Origin: Candidatus Omnitrophota bacterium
GTDB taxonomy: Bacteria > Omnitrophota > Gorgyraeia > B26-G9 > JBDRCZ01
NCBI GenBank assembly: GCA_043821285.1
Contig: JBDRCZ010000040.1
Location: forward strand, 582-64,581
Length of the DNA stretch: 64,000 bases
Reading direction: 5' to 3'
The notes below the pieces were generated by a model. It did no database searches, had not been told where the DNA came from, and was given only the letters and a program-made list of their open reading frames with translations. This document shows positions 29,414 to 40,153 of the stretch, in pieces; the first letter of the stretch is position 1, and every line of letters starts with the position of its first letter. The position numbers and the translations under genes are program-made.

Positions 29414-30439
29414 TTATTTGGTAAGCTCCACTTCAAATATATCTCCCTGGCCAAGAATCTGTAAAACCGCGCAAAAGGGTTTTATAAAAATCAGCTCAAA
29501 CAATTTTCCGCAGATCAGTAGAGAGAACACTTTTTTGAATTTATTTTGACTGCGCTTATATCTGTCCTTTAGGCAGTTGCGGATGAGGCCGGGGCTGGAT
29601 CTTATTTTTATTCTTTTAATCTTAAGCCCGGTCTTTTTGCATAAAAGCGCCATTGTTTCTGGAGAAAAAATGTGCAGGTGCATTGGGCAGCCGTAAAAAT
29701 CCTCTTTAAACGCGTAAAAGGCAAAACTTTTCTGATTGGGGACTTCGATATATATACGGCCCTGGTCACTTAAGATGCGCTTTGCTTCCTCAAGAGATAA
29801 TACCGGGTCTTCAACATGCTCAAATACCTGATTAAACCGGATAACATCAAAATATTTATCCGGAAACTTCGCTTCCTCTAATGTCCCATGGAATGCCATG
29901 TCCACACGCTCTTTTGCCTCGTTATATAAAGATAACTCCTGTTCTACGCCATAAGTCTCCCAGCCCAATGCCTTCAAAATCGCTAAATACATTCCATTAT
30001 TACAGCCTACGTCTAAGAACCGGCCATTACCCTGATACGGCATGATGTTTTTTAGCGCAATAATCCGGCACGGCCAGACTAATATTTTCAGCCACAAGCT
30101 GTTTTTCAGCGGATAAAAGCGGTAATTCTTAAACAACTGCAGACTTAATTTATTTATCGGCAGGGTAAACCGCCATTTTTTCTTATTGAATCTTTTTAGA
30201 TCATGCGCGGAACTTGTAAAACGTTCCGACTTATAAAAAGACCGTTGTGTCTCTCTCTCCGGGGTTGGCTTAACAAAACAAAACCCGCACTCTAAACACT
30301 GCACCAGGTGAAATACCGGTGAGTCTACAGACAATTTTTTCGCAAATAAAATCCTGCTTTCTCCTGCCCCACACAACTTGCACGTATTTAAATAGGACGG
30401 TCTCTTTTTTTCGCTTTTTTCCATTTTAAATGACGACAT
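29414..30439 (-). CDS. Class I SAM-dependent methyltransferase with N-terminal CxxC...CxxC zinc ribbon
   Basis: CKLCG, CLECG, FLDVGCNNG, FDVI..VFEHVEDP..GRIYIEVPN. Confidence 0.9.
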   Translation of the reverse strand: MSSFKMEKSEKKRPSYLNTCKLCGAGESRILFAKKLSVDSPVFHLVQCLECGFCFVKPTPERETQRSFYKSERFTSSAHDLKRFNKKKWRFTLPINKLSLQLFKNYRFYPLKNSLWLKILVWPCRIIALKNIMPYQGNGRFLDVGCNNGMYLAILKALGWETYGVEQELSLYNEAKERVDMAFHGTLEEAKFPDKYFDVIRFNQVFEHVEDPVLSLEEAKRILSDQGRIYIEVPNQKSFAFYAFKEDFYGCPMHLHIFSPETMALLCKKTGLKIKRIKIRSSPGLIRNCLKDRYKRSQNKFKKVFSLLICGKLFELIFIKPFCAVLQILGQGDIFEVELTK

Positions 30440-30654
30440 AAGTTACAGTGCAGAAAGCATTGTAACTGCATTGAGGTTTAGCGCTACGGCAAGATATCAT
30501 CACCGCGGTGAAAGGTAACACTCGTCGACGCAACGCATTGGCGGGGATGCTGCGTACCACTGCTTTTAAGCCGTGGGGGTCCGTTAAGAATCTGTGTTTC
30601 ATCCGTGGCTAAAAAATATTTAAACTACGCGAAGATCACCTTAGCTGTATTTGG

Positions 30655-31896
30655 TCACCAGTGTTTATAGGTCTTCTTCCGGCCATAGTTCTGGCGACGG
30701 ATAGTTCTCTTGCCATAGAAACGTCTGCTCTGCCAGGTTTTGTTCTGCTGAACAAATTTTTCCTGCGGGAATTCCGGGTGTGCGGATATCGGGAGTGCGG
30801 TCTTGATAAGTTTTTCTATGCTGCGAACATCCTTACCCTGTTCAGGTGTGGCAAATGATATGGCGCGGCCTGCGTGCCCGGCACGGCCGGTACGGCCAAT
30901 GCGGTGTACATAATCTTCCGCGTTTTCCGGTATATCGTAATTTATGACCAGCTCAATACCCACAACATCAATCCCTCTTGAGGCAATATCTGTAGCAACC
31001 AATATCCGGTATTTCCCGGACTTAAATCCTTCCAGCGCTTCCCGGCGCTGTGATAGTGAACGGTCAGAGTGGATTTCTGCTGCCCGCTGCCTTATTGCGC
31101 GCAGATGGCGGGTAATTTTACGCGCCCCGATTTTTGTGCGGGAGAATAAGAGTACCGGGCCGTGATATTTTTCCAGAATTTTAGCAAGCAATTCATTTTT
31201 TGATTCTTTTTTTACAATAAACAGCTCCTGCACAATCCGCTCCGCGGTTGTACCGGACGGTGCCACTTCAATATTAATCGGCAGTTTCATATAGCGGGTA
31301 GCAATTCGCATCACTTCTTCCGGGATGGTGGCGGAAAAAAGCATGGTCTGCCGGTTTTTTGGAACAGCTTTTAATATCTTTTCTATCTGCGGCAGAAATC
31401 CCATATCTAACATGCGGTCTGCTTCATCTAAAACCAAAACATCAATATTTGACAAAAAAACTGTTTTGCGTTCCAGGTGGTCAACCAAGCGGCCGGGAGT
31501 AGCAATAATAATCCGCGGATTTCTGCGCAGTGCCTGGAGCTGCCGCGGCATTGGCGCGCCACCGATAATAACCACTGTTTTTATCCCAAACAGATATGCG
31601 AGTTTTTGAAAAGCCTCATTTACCTGTGTGGCCAGTTCACGGGTTGGTACCAGCACTAAACATTTAGTTCTCGTCTGTGCGAGATGCTGTATTATAGGGA
31701 TGGCAAAGGCAAGTGTCTTACCGGTGCCAGTTTGCGCTACCCCAATAACATCTTTTTTTTCAATGGCAATAGGAATTGCCTTATGCTGTATTGGCGTAGG
31801 GGTAATAAATTTCATGCGGTCTAAGGCTTGCAGTATTACGGGAGCAATACCCAGCCCGTCAAAGGAACTATGTGGATAGTGTGGAATATGCGTCAT
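30655..31896 (-). CDS. rhlE: DEAD-box RNA helicase (RhlE-like)
   Basis: PTPIQ, AQTGTGKT, PTRELA, TPGRL, DEAD, SAT, HRIGRTGRAG. Confidence 0.93.
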   Translation of the reverse strand: MTHIPHYPHSSFDGLGIAPVILQALDRMKFITPTPIQHKAIPIAIEKKDVIGVAQTGTGKTLAFAIPIIQHLAQTRTKCLVLVPTRELATQVNEAFQKLAYLFGIKTVVIIGGAPMPRQLQALRRNPRIIIATPGRLVDHLERKTVFLSNIDVLVLDEADRMLDMGFLPQIEKILKAVPKNRQTMLFSATIPEEVMRIATRYMKLPINIEVAPSGTTAERIVQELFIVKKESKNELLAKILEKYHGPVLLFSRTKIGARKITRHLRAIRQRAAEIHSDRSLSQRREALEGFKSGKYRILVATDIASRGIDVVGIELVINYDIPENAEDYVHRIGRTGRAGHAGRAISFATPEQGKDVRSIEKLIKTALPISAHPEFPQEKFVQQNKTWQSRRFYGKRTIRRQNYGRKKTYKHW

Positions 31897-32007
31897 AAAG
31901 GATTACTCTTATACAAATATCGTACGTTGAATATTTTGCTGGCGGATTTGCCAATTTGTTTTACTAATTGGCGAAATCTCGCCATAATTTTTGATTAACG
32001 AAAATTA

Positions 32008-32101
32008 TGGCGGAGAGGCCGGGATTTGAACCCGGGAGCCCGGTTTGATCCAGGCTAACCGCTTAGCAGGCGGTTGCTTTCAGCCACTCAGCCACCTCTC
32101 C
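32008..32101 (-). tRNA. tRNA-Ser(GCT)
   Basis: GGAGAGG acceptor, ACCGC-CT-GCT-AA-GCGGT anticodon arm, long variable arm, GGTTCAAATCC, CCA end. Confidence 0.97.
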
Positions 32102-32164
32102 TCAATTCGCACAGATGATTTACGCAACACTGCGTGTTTCGTAAATCATCTGTGTTTGTTACAA

Positions 32165-32632
32165 TCAGTGTCCAGCCCTTTTCCCCTTAAAAAACTCACT
32201 CAAAATCAATCCGCATTCTTTTTCAAGCAAACCGTTTATTACCTTTATGTGGTGGTTTAGTCGTTTGTCATCGACAATATTATAAAGCGAACCGCAGGCC
32301 CCGGTTTTTGGATCTTTTGCACCAAAACATAACTCTTTTACCCGCGCCAGTACCATTGCTCCGGCGCACATCGTGCAGGGTTCAATTGTAACATAAATAC
32401 GCACATCTATCAACCGTTCTGATTGTAAAAACGCCGCAGCCTGAGTAAGCGCAATCATCTCAGCATGGGCCGTCGGGTCCTTTAACAGCTTCATCTGATT
32501 ATGCGCGCGGGCAATAATTTTATCTTCATACACAATTACGCAGCCAACCGGTACCTCGTCCGCATCCACTGCCTTCTGCGCCTCTTTCAATGCCTGGCGC
32601 ATAAATAAATTATGTGTTTCTTCGGTTTTCAA
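32165..32632 (-). CDS. tadA: tRNA adenosine(34) deaminase
   Basis: EVPVGCVIV, DPTAHAE, TIEPCTMCAGA. Confidence 0.95.
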   Translation of the reverse strand: MKTEETHNLFMRQALKEAQKAVDADEVPVGCVIVYEDKIIARAHNQMKLLKDPTAHAEMIALTQAAAFLQSERLIDVRIYVTIEPCTMCAGAMVLARVKELCFGAKDPKTGACGSLYNIVDDKRLNHHIKVINGLLEKECGLILSEFFKGKRAGH

Positions 32633-34083
32633 TATTTTATCTCAGTTTTTCTCCCGCATTCTCCGCAACTTATTCTCTTTGCCATAAACGACGGGGAGAG
32701 CTGCAGTAATTTACCGCAGGAACAGGAAAAACTTTCCCAGCCTTTACTTTTTCTGGTATATACCTGCGGCGCTATATCTGTATCCGTGGTTTTTATTGTA
32801 TCTTGTTTAGCCTTTATTCCTTCTGCCGCGCTCACGGCCGTGATTGCTGCTTTGAGATTTGCCAAAGGCACAGCATGTTCATGCCCACAGCGGGGGCAGG
32901 ATATTTTTTCTCTGTTAAAATCAGGCGGGATTTTAATCTTCAGGCCGCAGACACATGCTAAAAACGCATACTTATTCACTGCCCGCATTAAATCCCCAAC
33001 ATCTCTTCTCTCCTTCTTTACCCCTTCTGCCTTTTGCTCTTCAATAGATGGCTCACGCACCATGATATTGTCAGAATCCTTCAATGCTGACAATGGCATA
33101 ATTACTGCTGATTTTCCTTTAACCTGCGCAAAAGCCTTTTGATAATTAACATAGTTTACTCCCTGACTAATACCCCGTAAAATTTGCACCCGTTCTTTAA
33201 TCGGCGGATGTGTACTAAAAAGACTACTTGCAGTTAAACTTTGCGCGGCCAAGGGATTTACAATATACATGGGCGCAGTTATTTTATTTGCTGATGATAA
33301 TTTAATATTTCCTGTAGAAATCTTCTCAAGCGCAGAGGCTAATCCTTCGGGGTATCTGGTCAGTCTAACTGCTGAGGCATCGGCCAAATATTCCCTTTTT
33401 CTGGACAAGGCAAAATAAAAAATCCGGGCAAGTATTGGTGATAATACGGCAAAAACAACTGCCACAAGCATGATAATTGCCTGCGCCTGGCCCCCGCTAC
33501 TGCCTGAACCTGAGCGGTACCTTCTGGACGAGCCCCGGGAATACCACAAACTCCTCAAAAATATCTCGGAAAGCATCACAATGCTTCCGAGCATGACCCC
33601 GGCAAATGTTACATACAAGACATCGCGGTTTATAATATGCGACATCTCATGCGCAACAACCCCCTGCAGCTCATCGCGGTTAAGCCGGCTAAGCAACCCT
33701 GCGGTTACGGCAATAGAACTGTTTTCCGGGGTTTTACCGGTAGCAAATGCATTTGGTGCAAGATCATCAATAATATAGATGTTCGGCATTGCTGGAAGGC
33801 TTGCCGCTATTTTCATCTCCTCAACAATATTAAACAACTGCGGGTGGACGTCATAAGAAACCTTTTTCGCCCCACTGGAATAGAGAATAATGGAATCGCC
33901 GGCACTATAACTTACAAACGCCAGAAAAACCCAGAGGAATAAAGCAATAATAACGCCACCGGCTCCACCATCCGGAGGAAACCATGCCGCACCAATAACA
34001 AAGCCCAGCAAAACCAGGCAAAGCCCCATGCTGATAAAAATAATCCAAGACTTCCTTTTATTTTCCTCAATCAACTCCCACAT
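32629..34083 (-). CDS. htpX: M48 family zinc metalloprotease (HtpX-like) with C-terminal Cys-rich ribbons
   Basis: PNAFATG, VAHEMSH, SRKREYLAD, FSTHPP; C-terminal CxC/CxxC repeats; adjacent to lemA. Confidence 0.88.
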   Translation of the reverse strand: MWELIEENKRKSWIIFISMGLCLVLLGFVIGAAWFPPDGGAGGVIIALFLWVFLAFVSYSAGDSIILYSSGAKKVSYDVHPQLFNIVEEMKIAASLPAMPNIYIIDDLAPNAFATGKTPENSSIAVTAGLLSRLNRDELQGVVAHEMSHIINRDVLYVTFAGVMLGSIVMLSEIFLRSLWYSRGSSRRYRSGSGSSGGQAQAIIMLVAVVFAVLSPILARIFYFALSRKREYLADASAVRLTRYPEGLASALEKISTGNIKLSSANKITAPMYIVNPLAAQSLTASSLFSTHPPIKERVQILRGISQGVNYVNYQKAFAQVKGKSAVIMPLSALKDSDNIMVREPSIEEQKAEGVKKERRDVGDLMRAVNKYAFLACVCGLKIKIPPDFNREKISCPRCGHEHAVPLANLKAAITAVSAAEGIKAKQDTIKTTDTDIAPQVYTRKSKGWESFSCSCGKLLQLSPSFMAKRISCGECGRKTEIKY

Positions 34084-34381
34084 AATTCATAATGCCTCGT
34101 AAAGACACAAAGCTTTTTTTACCACGAATAACACGAATTTACACGAATATTCATTAAACATGTAGAGCATGTAAAATTTACAGAATAAAACTCATATTTA
34201 AATTATTACCTAATTCGTGTTGATTTGTGCAATTTGTGGTTAAAGACTTTAGTTTCTCTTCTGTTGAAGAAATTCTAAACTCTACCCGCGAAATCAGCGG
34301 AGGCGGTTTTGTTTTTGACCGGCAACCGCCCGGAAAAACGCAACGCATTTTTCCATGCATGGATGGCCTACGGCCATCCAT

Positions 34382-34936
34382 TTAGAACTCAACCTTTGGA
34401 ACCTCTTTTTCCGCCTTATCTTCTATTTCAAAAAACTCTTCCGTTTTAAAATTGAACGACTGCGCAATCATATTCGAGGGAAACATCTGAGTTTTATTAT
34501 TAAATAAAAGCACCTGGTCATTATACGCCTGACGGGCAAAGGCTATTTTATTTTCCGTTGAAGTTAGTTCCTCCTGCATAGCGAGGAAATTTTTGTTTGC
34601 CTTTAGATCCGGGTAATTCTCCACTACCAAAAAAAACTTACCCATTGCCCCACTTAACGCACCTTCGGCTTTTGCCTTCGCACCAACACCTTCGGCACTC
34701 ATTGCCTGGCTTCTCGCCTTGGTAATATTTTCCAAAGTATCCCTTTCATGCCCCATATAACCTTTCACGGTCTCTATCAAATTCGGGATAAGGTCATGTC
34801 TTCTTTTCAACTGCACATCAATCTGCGCCCAGGCATTTTTAACCCGGTTACGCAAGGCAACAAGGGCATTATATATTCCGATAACATAAGCCACCGCAAT
34901 AACAACTAATACCAACAACCCAATCAAAACTATCAT
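34382..34936 (-). CDS. lemA: LemA family protein
   Basis: IYNALV..NAWAQIDVQLKRRHDLIPNL, ENYPDLKA. Start re-set to ATG 34936 behind AAGGAGG. Confidence 0.95.
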   Translation of the reverse strand: MIVLIGLLVLVVIAVAYVIGIYNALVALRNRVKNAWAQIDVQLKRRHDLIPNLIETVKGYMGHERDTLENITKARSQAMSAEGVGAKAKAEGALSGAMGKFFLVVENYPDLKANKNFLAMQEELTSTENKIAFARQAYNDQVLLFNNKTQMFPSNMIAQSFNFKTEEFFEIEDKAEKEVPKVEF

Positions 34937-35250
34937 ACCAACCTCCTTTATCCGCAGATGATCGCAGATATCAAAATGTCTAATTAAATCCCAACTAATT
35001 AATTCCAAATGTCAAATGACAAAATCCAAATGAATCTCTAAATAACTCAATCTTTAAAATTCGTGCAATTTGTGCTATTTGTTGTTTAAAAAATAAGCAG
35101 TTAAAGTCTCCCCCCGTGTGCGCCGCGTCTCCGTGTGATAATTTCTTCCCTAATTTTTTAATTGGGATTTATTTAGGTCAATTCGTCATTATATTTTTCT
35201 ACCACCTAAGCATATATTTATCAGATAATCCTCTACTACAAAGGCAGTTA

Positions 35251-35757
35251 TTATCTAATCTCTTTAAACACAAGCTGTTCTATTCTACTGCGCCTGACCG
35301 CTCGTGGTTTTTCATCCGCATACCCAAAAGCCACCACTGCGGCCAATTCATACGAACGTGGCACATTTAACAATTTTGCTATCTTAGTCTTTTTATTCAA
35401 AATCTCCCCTAACCAGCAGCCACCCAAGCGCAAGTCAAAAATTCCCAGCATCATATTCTGTACGCATGCCCCAACTGCCTGCATATCCTTATCACGGTTA
35501 TAGCTATTCTTTTTATCCAAAAACACCGCAATAACACACGGCGCGCTATTTATCGTTTTTGCAGAATCAGTACAAGCAGCAATTTTTTGTTTTAAATCCG
35601 GATTAGAAACAACCACAAACCGCCAGGGCTGGTTATTCAAACCTGAAGGAGCCCACCGCCCGGCATTTAAGATCCGGGTAATTAACTCCAGACTTATTTT
35701 TTTATTTTTAAACCTTCTTACACTCCTGCGCTCAACAATCGCCTTATACACCTGCAT
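35251..35757 (-). CDS. Nitroreductase family protein
   Basis: RRSVRRF, APSGLNNQPWRF, LGGCW. Start at ATG 35757 behind GAGGGG. Confidence 0.92.
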   Translation of the reverse strand: MQVYKAIVERRSVRRFKNKKISLELITRILNAGRWAPSGLNNQPWRFVVVSNPDLKQKIAACTDSAKTINSAPCVIAVFLDKKNSYNRDKDMQAVGACVQNMMLGIFDLRLGGCWLGEILNKKTKIAKLLNVPRSYELAAVVAFGYADEKPRAVRRSRIEQLVFKEIR

Positions 35758-35836
35758 TATTCTGCCCCTCAAAATTATTTTTTAGCCACGGATGAAACAC
35801 GGATTTTTAATAACAACATAACCTCTGAAGGCTGCT

Positions 35837-36235
35837 TTAGTTGCCTTCAGAGGTTATTGCAAACATATCCTTCAACATTGCCAAAATCTTATTATCCTTA
35901 TCCAGACCACCGAGCCGAATCATCTCATAAAGCTCCCCGCGATCAAACCACAGCCCATGATTATCGCGGCATTTATCAATAAGAATCTTCTTATCCCGTC
36001 CGCACAAAACCTTCTGCATTTTTTTTAAACAGATCGGGCATTTCTTCGGGGTTTCGGTTGTGGTTGTATCAACTTCAAAAGAACGAAGCAGCGCATCTTT
36101 ATCCACACTACTTTCCAAGAGCAGTTCCAACTCTCCGGCATCCAGCCAAATACCGCTACAGGACAAACAGTGGTCTATTTCCACCTCATCCAGCTCCAAA
36201 ACAACCATGGGCTCCCGACAAACCAAGCAATCCAT
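35837..36235 (-). CDS. Double zf-TFIIB-type zinc ribbon protein
   Basis: Two CxxC...IDxC...G[IL]W[LF]DxGEL repeats. Confidence 0.88.
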   Translation of the reverse strand: MDCLVCREPMVVLELDEVEIDHCLSCSGIWLDAGELELLLESSVDKDALLRSFEVDTTTTETPKKCPICLKKMQKVLCGRDKKILIDKCRDNHGLWFDRGELYEMIRLGGLDKDNKILAMLKDMFAITSEGN

Positions 36236-36361
36236 ATATGTTACTCCTATAACCTGTTTTTAAATTATTAACTATTTACTGTTGGTAATTTGCTACGTGC
36301 TATTTTTGGCCCTGCTTATTTATATAACCCTTTGCTATCTGCTATTAGCCATATGCTATGC

Positions 36362-36438
36362 TGGCGCGCCCAGCAGGACTCGAACCTGCAACCCTCAGTT
36401 CCGTAGACTGATGCTCTATCCATTTGAGCCATGGGCGC
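36362..36438 (-). tRNA. tRNA-Arg(ACG)
   Basis: GCGCCCA acceptor, TCAGT-CT-ACG-GA-ACTGA anticodon arm, GGTTCGAGTCC, CCA end. Confidence 0.97.
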
Positions 36439-36724
36439 AATCAACGTCGTGTGTATCGAGTCGTGCGTACTGCGCAAACAAATGCATTTTTGTTTATGTT
36501 CAGACTCAATACTCACTACTCAATACATGATACGTTTTTGTATAACTTGTCATTATATCAGCTTTTGGGGGTGGTGTAAAGGGGGATATTAATTCCTTAT
36601 TTGCCTGTTTTTGCATATAGCGAGGTAATGCCTTAAGGGATAATATTAGATCTATCCACTAGTTATCCTTTTTTCTGTAAATAGCCATTTTATTGCTCCT
36701 TGCTATCTTGCAAATTATCTGCCG

Positions 36725-37149
36725 AAGGGGACGTTGATGAAAGTATGAATTTATGTACTTACCGCCTTCAATATATCCCTTTCTTCATTTATCTTACGCC
36801 CGGCTGCCATCGCTTTACTTACCGCGGTCTGCATTATCCCTAAATATTTTCCTAATTCTGTTACGGTTTTTCCCAAATACTCATAGCCTAAATAAATATA
36901 TGGTAATGATTGCTCATGATACACCAGGCATAGATAACCACCTGATGCTCTTTGAATATTTCTTTTAGGCATGTTTTAAAATTTTCCTTTTCTCTTTCTT
37001 CCTTAAATATAGCTTTGCCTTCTATCCCTCTCCCCATGATATGATGCAAAGCTCCCGGATAATCCAATCGTGCTTGTCTTGGCATACCTATATATTATCA
37101 TTTTCTTCCTCTCCTGTCAATACTTTCATACTTTCATCAACGTCCCCTT
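36725..37149 (-). mobile_element. Internally deleted Y1/HUH (RAYT-like) transposase element with 25-bp perfect inverted ends
   Basis: AAGGGGACGTTGATGAAAGTATGAA at 36725-36749, inverse at 37125-37149. MPRQARLDYPGALHHIMGRG..AWCIMSNHYH N-terminus fused out of frame to a C-terminal HTH (TVTELGKYLGIMQTAVSK). Confidence 0.85.
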
Positions 37150-37187
37150 GTCTTTGAAAAGGCTATTAAAAATAGTGTTTTCACGCA

Positions 37188-38318
37188 TTATTCAGGCTCA
37201 TCTGCGCTCAATAAGTCTTCCAACATCCTGCGGGCATTTTTACTAATATCACAACTGTTCCGCACAAAACTAACACCGTTTTCACCTAATCTTTTTCTTT
37301 CTTCCGGATGAAACAAGAGATACTCTAATTTCTGAATTAGTTCTTCTGTTGATTTTGGATTTACTAAAAACCCATTATAATTATCGATGACTACTTCTGG
37401 TATTCCGCCGACCGCCAGCCCTACTACCGGCTTGCCACAAGCCGATGCTTCTAAAGAAGAAAACGGCTGTCCCTCTTCACGTCCAAGGTAATTGCGTCCG
37501 GACATAACAAAAACATCACAAGCAGCATAATACCCAGGGGACTCTTGATGCGATACCCATCCGGTAAATACAACTTTTTCACCAATTTGTAATTTTCTGA
37601 CTTTTTCTTTTAATTCATTTTCATCTTCTCCGGTACCAACAATTAATAACCGCGCATTTTCAACTTGTTTAACAACATTAGAAAAGGCATCTATTACCAA
37701 ATCTATGCCTTTTATCGGATGCAGCCGTGATAAAGTCATAATCACCAGGTTGTTTTCTAAGGCATATTTTTTTCTGATAGAATTTCCGGAAATATCCGGG
37801 GAAAACATTTTGATATCCACGCCATGGGGAATGATTACGGTTTTATCGAAAAAATCTCCCGTGGATTGAACCTTAGAGTTTAAAAAAATACCCGGCGGAT
37901 AGATTTTTGTTGTTTGCCTAAATACCTGGCGTATGAGAAATCTGGTCTGCGGGCTTTTTAACCCGTCAATCACATCAAACCCGCTCACGGTCACCGCCCA
38001 TTTTATCTTTTTCCCAAATCCTGACAACAAAACCGCAACTCCTTCCGGTGACCAGCTAAGGCAATAAATTATATCAATAGCATATTCATTAACGACCTGG
38101 CGTATTTTACGGGAAAGAAGATATGCCTTATAAAGATAATGCCCGTTAAGTGGAACATGTACTCGTTTATACAAATCGTTTTCTCGCCCATGAACCGGGG
38201 TAAGCACCACAACCGAATGACCGTCCCGACACCACTGTTTAAGCAAAAAAAACATCTTGTTCTGCAATCCTCCCCCTTCCGGAGGGAATGTACTTGCAAT
38301 AATAAGTATCTTCATCAA
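37188..38318 (-). CDS. Glycosyltransferase family 4
   Basis: IPHGVD, SRLHPIKG, EGQPFSSLEASACGKPVV, GGIPEVV. Confidence 0.93.
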   Translation of the reverse strand: MMKILIIASTFPPEGGGLQNKMFFLLKQWCRDGHSVVVLTPVHGRENDLYKRVHVPLNGHYLYKAYLLSRKIRQVVNEYAIDIIYCLSWSPEGVAVLLSGFGKKIKWAVTVSGFDVIDGLKSPQTRFLIRQVFRQTTKIYPPGIFLNSKVQSTGDFFDKTVIIPHGVDIKMFSPDISGNSIRKKYALENNLVIMTLSRLHPIKGIDLVIDAFSNVVKQVENARLLIVGTGEDENELKEKVRKLQIGEKVVFTGWVSHQESPGYYAACDVFVMSGRNYLGREEGQPFSSLEASACGKPVVGLAVGGIPEVVIDNYNGFLVNPKSTEELIQKLEYLLFHPEERKRLGENGVSFVRNSCDISKNARRMLEDLLSADEPE

Positions 38319-38466
38319 ATTAAATTATCGCCTTCGGCGTTAATTTGCCAACTACCTTTTCTTTGAAAAGAAAAGGTAGACCAAAAGAAAAAAAATAACC
38401 GTCCCTTTTAACACGGTACACAGTCAACCGTAAACGCTGCGACATACGATATACCATAATCTCCAT

Positions 38467-39933
38467 TCATCCCTGCCTGCCAGTAGCAAGTCTTTTCCTT
38501 ATCTCCTGCACGATATCCCACATCCCATAATTAAAAACCTTCTCGGCTGCAAAAGCCAACATCGAGTAAAACAAAACAAAAATTACCCCTTGCAACATAA
38601 AAACTAGTAAATCCAATCCCCGTACAAAATATTGTTTGAGTGCTAATGTCAATAAAATTGAAATTATTACATTTACCAATGGGATCACGAGCATACGGAT
38701 AAAAACGCAAAAATCTTCTCGTACAACCTTTGCCGCCTTATACCATACCACAATATTCGGGATAAACGTTGCTAAAACCACCGCAATTGCCGTTCCGGCG
38801 ATACCCCCTTGTGTTGTAAACGGAAATATTAATACCGCAAGCAAAATTAGCTGAACGGTTTGTATCTTCGTCAAAATCTGTGGTTTTCCCACCCCGTAAA
38901 AGAGCGGACCACAAGTTGCGCCGATTGAGCGCACCCACCCCCACAACACTAATATTTGCATTGCCAAAACCATCGGCATCCATTTTACTCCCAAAAACAT
39001 CCTGGTAAAATCCGCAGCCAGCATTAAAATCATCCCGCCAAAAGGAAACGATAAAAACGCAGTTATGCGTAAAGCCTTAAAATACGCGGTTTTTAAATCC
39101 GCCGCTCGATCCTGAAGTTTAGCATACGCCGGCAGCATCACCTGAGAGATTACATGAGTAATTTCAATTGCCGGAAGGTTTGATATCTTATATGCCATTT
39201 GATAAAATCCTAAGGCGGTTGCCCCTAATAATTTCCCGACCACCAGATCATCTCCCTGCGCGTTAAAAAACCCTAATATACTTGAGCCTAACACCCATTT
39301 CCCATATTGAAAAAGTTTTCTTATTTTTTCTAAATTAAAATCAATCCGCGGCCGGTATGAGTGTAAGCAGTAACTGGCAATTACCCCTGCCCCTTCTCTG
39401 GCTAAAACCCCAAAAACCAGTGCCCAGGCATTTCGAAATACAACCGCTGCGGATACGGCAATAACAAAATCCGCGAACGCTGCGCTTAACTGATAAATAA
39501 ACTGCTTTTTAAACTCAAGTTCTTTAGAAAAATATATAATCCCAATATTCGTAAACGCCTGCAGCAGGATAGAAAAGCCAATAACTTGAATTATTTGTTT
39601 TGCCGCCGGCGTATTAAACAAGGCCGCAATTGCTGGGGCGAATAAATAAAGCAGGGAAAATAAAACCATCCCCCGTAACACGAGCAGTGTCCATGCCGAA
39701 TTAAGGAAAGGATAAATATCTTCTTTCTTTTGTATCAGCGCCTGCTGAAACCCGGTTATGGACAAAGTCTCCATGGCCGACATGGTAAGCAAGGCAATGC
39801 CAAACACCCCAAAATCCTGCGGAGCAAGCAAACGCGCCAACACGATTAAGCGGATCAGGTTAAATATCTTTTGTGCTATCCGCACCGCAAACACCCACAC
39901 CCCGGCCTGCACCACCCGCCCAGCCAAACTCAT
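38467..39933 (-). CDS. wzx: Polysaccharide flippase (Wzx/WzxC-like)
   Basis: LARLLAPQDFG, LGATALGFYQMAY, many TM helices. Confidence 0.9.
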   Translation of the reverse strand: MSLAGRVVQAGVWVFAVRIAQKIFNLIRLIVLARLLAPQDFGVFGIALLTMSAMETLSITGFQQALIQKKEDIYPFLNSAWTLLVLRGMVLFSLLYLFAPAIAALFNTPAAKQIIQVIGFSILLQAFTNIGIIYFSKELEFKKQFIYQLSAAFADFVIAVSAAVVFRNAWALVFGVLAREGAGVIASYCLHSYRPRIDFNLEKIRKLFQYGKWVLGSSILGFFNAQGDDLVVGKLLGATALGFYQMAYKISNLPAIEITHVISQVMLPAYAKLQDRAADLKTAYFKALRITAFLSFPFGGMILMLAADFTRMFLGVKWMPMVLAMQILVLWGWVRSIGATCGPLFYGVGKPQILTKIQTVQLILLAVLIFPFTTQGGIAGTAIAVVLATFIPNIVVWYKAAKVVREDFCVFIRMLVIPLVNVIISILLTLALKQYFVRGLDLLVFMLQGVIFVLFYSMLAFAAEKVFNYGMWDIVQEIRKRLATGRQG

Positions 39934-39990
39934 CTCAGTACTTACCTTGCACCTTTTTAGGTGCTGTTAAAAGTATCCGCACATTTTTCT

Positions 39991-40113
39991 AAGTAACCAT
40001 AGGGCACACGCAGCCACCGATTAATTCACCACTGATAAACTAAGATTTCTTCCTCTTTAAAACCTCTATAACTATCTGTGCAATCTGTGGTTGCTTGTAG
40101 CCTATGGTTACTT
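39991..40113. repeat. Empty inverted-repeat element, same ends as the 55711-56124 element
   Basis: AAGTAACCATAGGGCACACGCAGCCACCGATT ... AATCTGTGGTTGCTTGTAGCCTATGGTTACTT. Confidence 0.8.
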
Positions 40114-40153
40114 TCCGGTTTTAAAGGGGAGAAAGGGGACTGCCCCCTTTCTC

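Noticed and set aside
30445-30590. Riboswitch upstream of the methyltransferase
   Set aside because: Hairpins are present (ACCACTGCTTTTAAGCCGTGGGGGT resembles an IS200/IS605-type end or REP), but I recognised no riboswitch consensus; an Rfam scan would be needed.
34937-35008. N-terminal extension of LemA in the ORF track
   Set aside because: Falls in repeat-derived DNA; a strong RBS precedes ATG 34936.
36282-36530. Short ORFs 36282-36530 and 36316-36516 (also 32045-32260)
   Set aside because: They overlap tRNA genes and repeat DNA.
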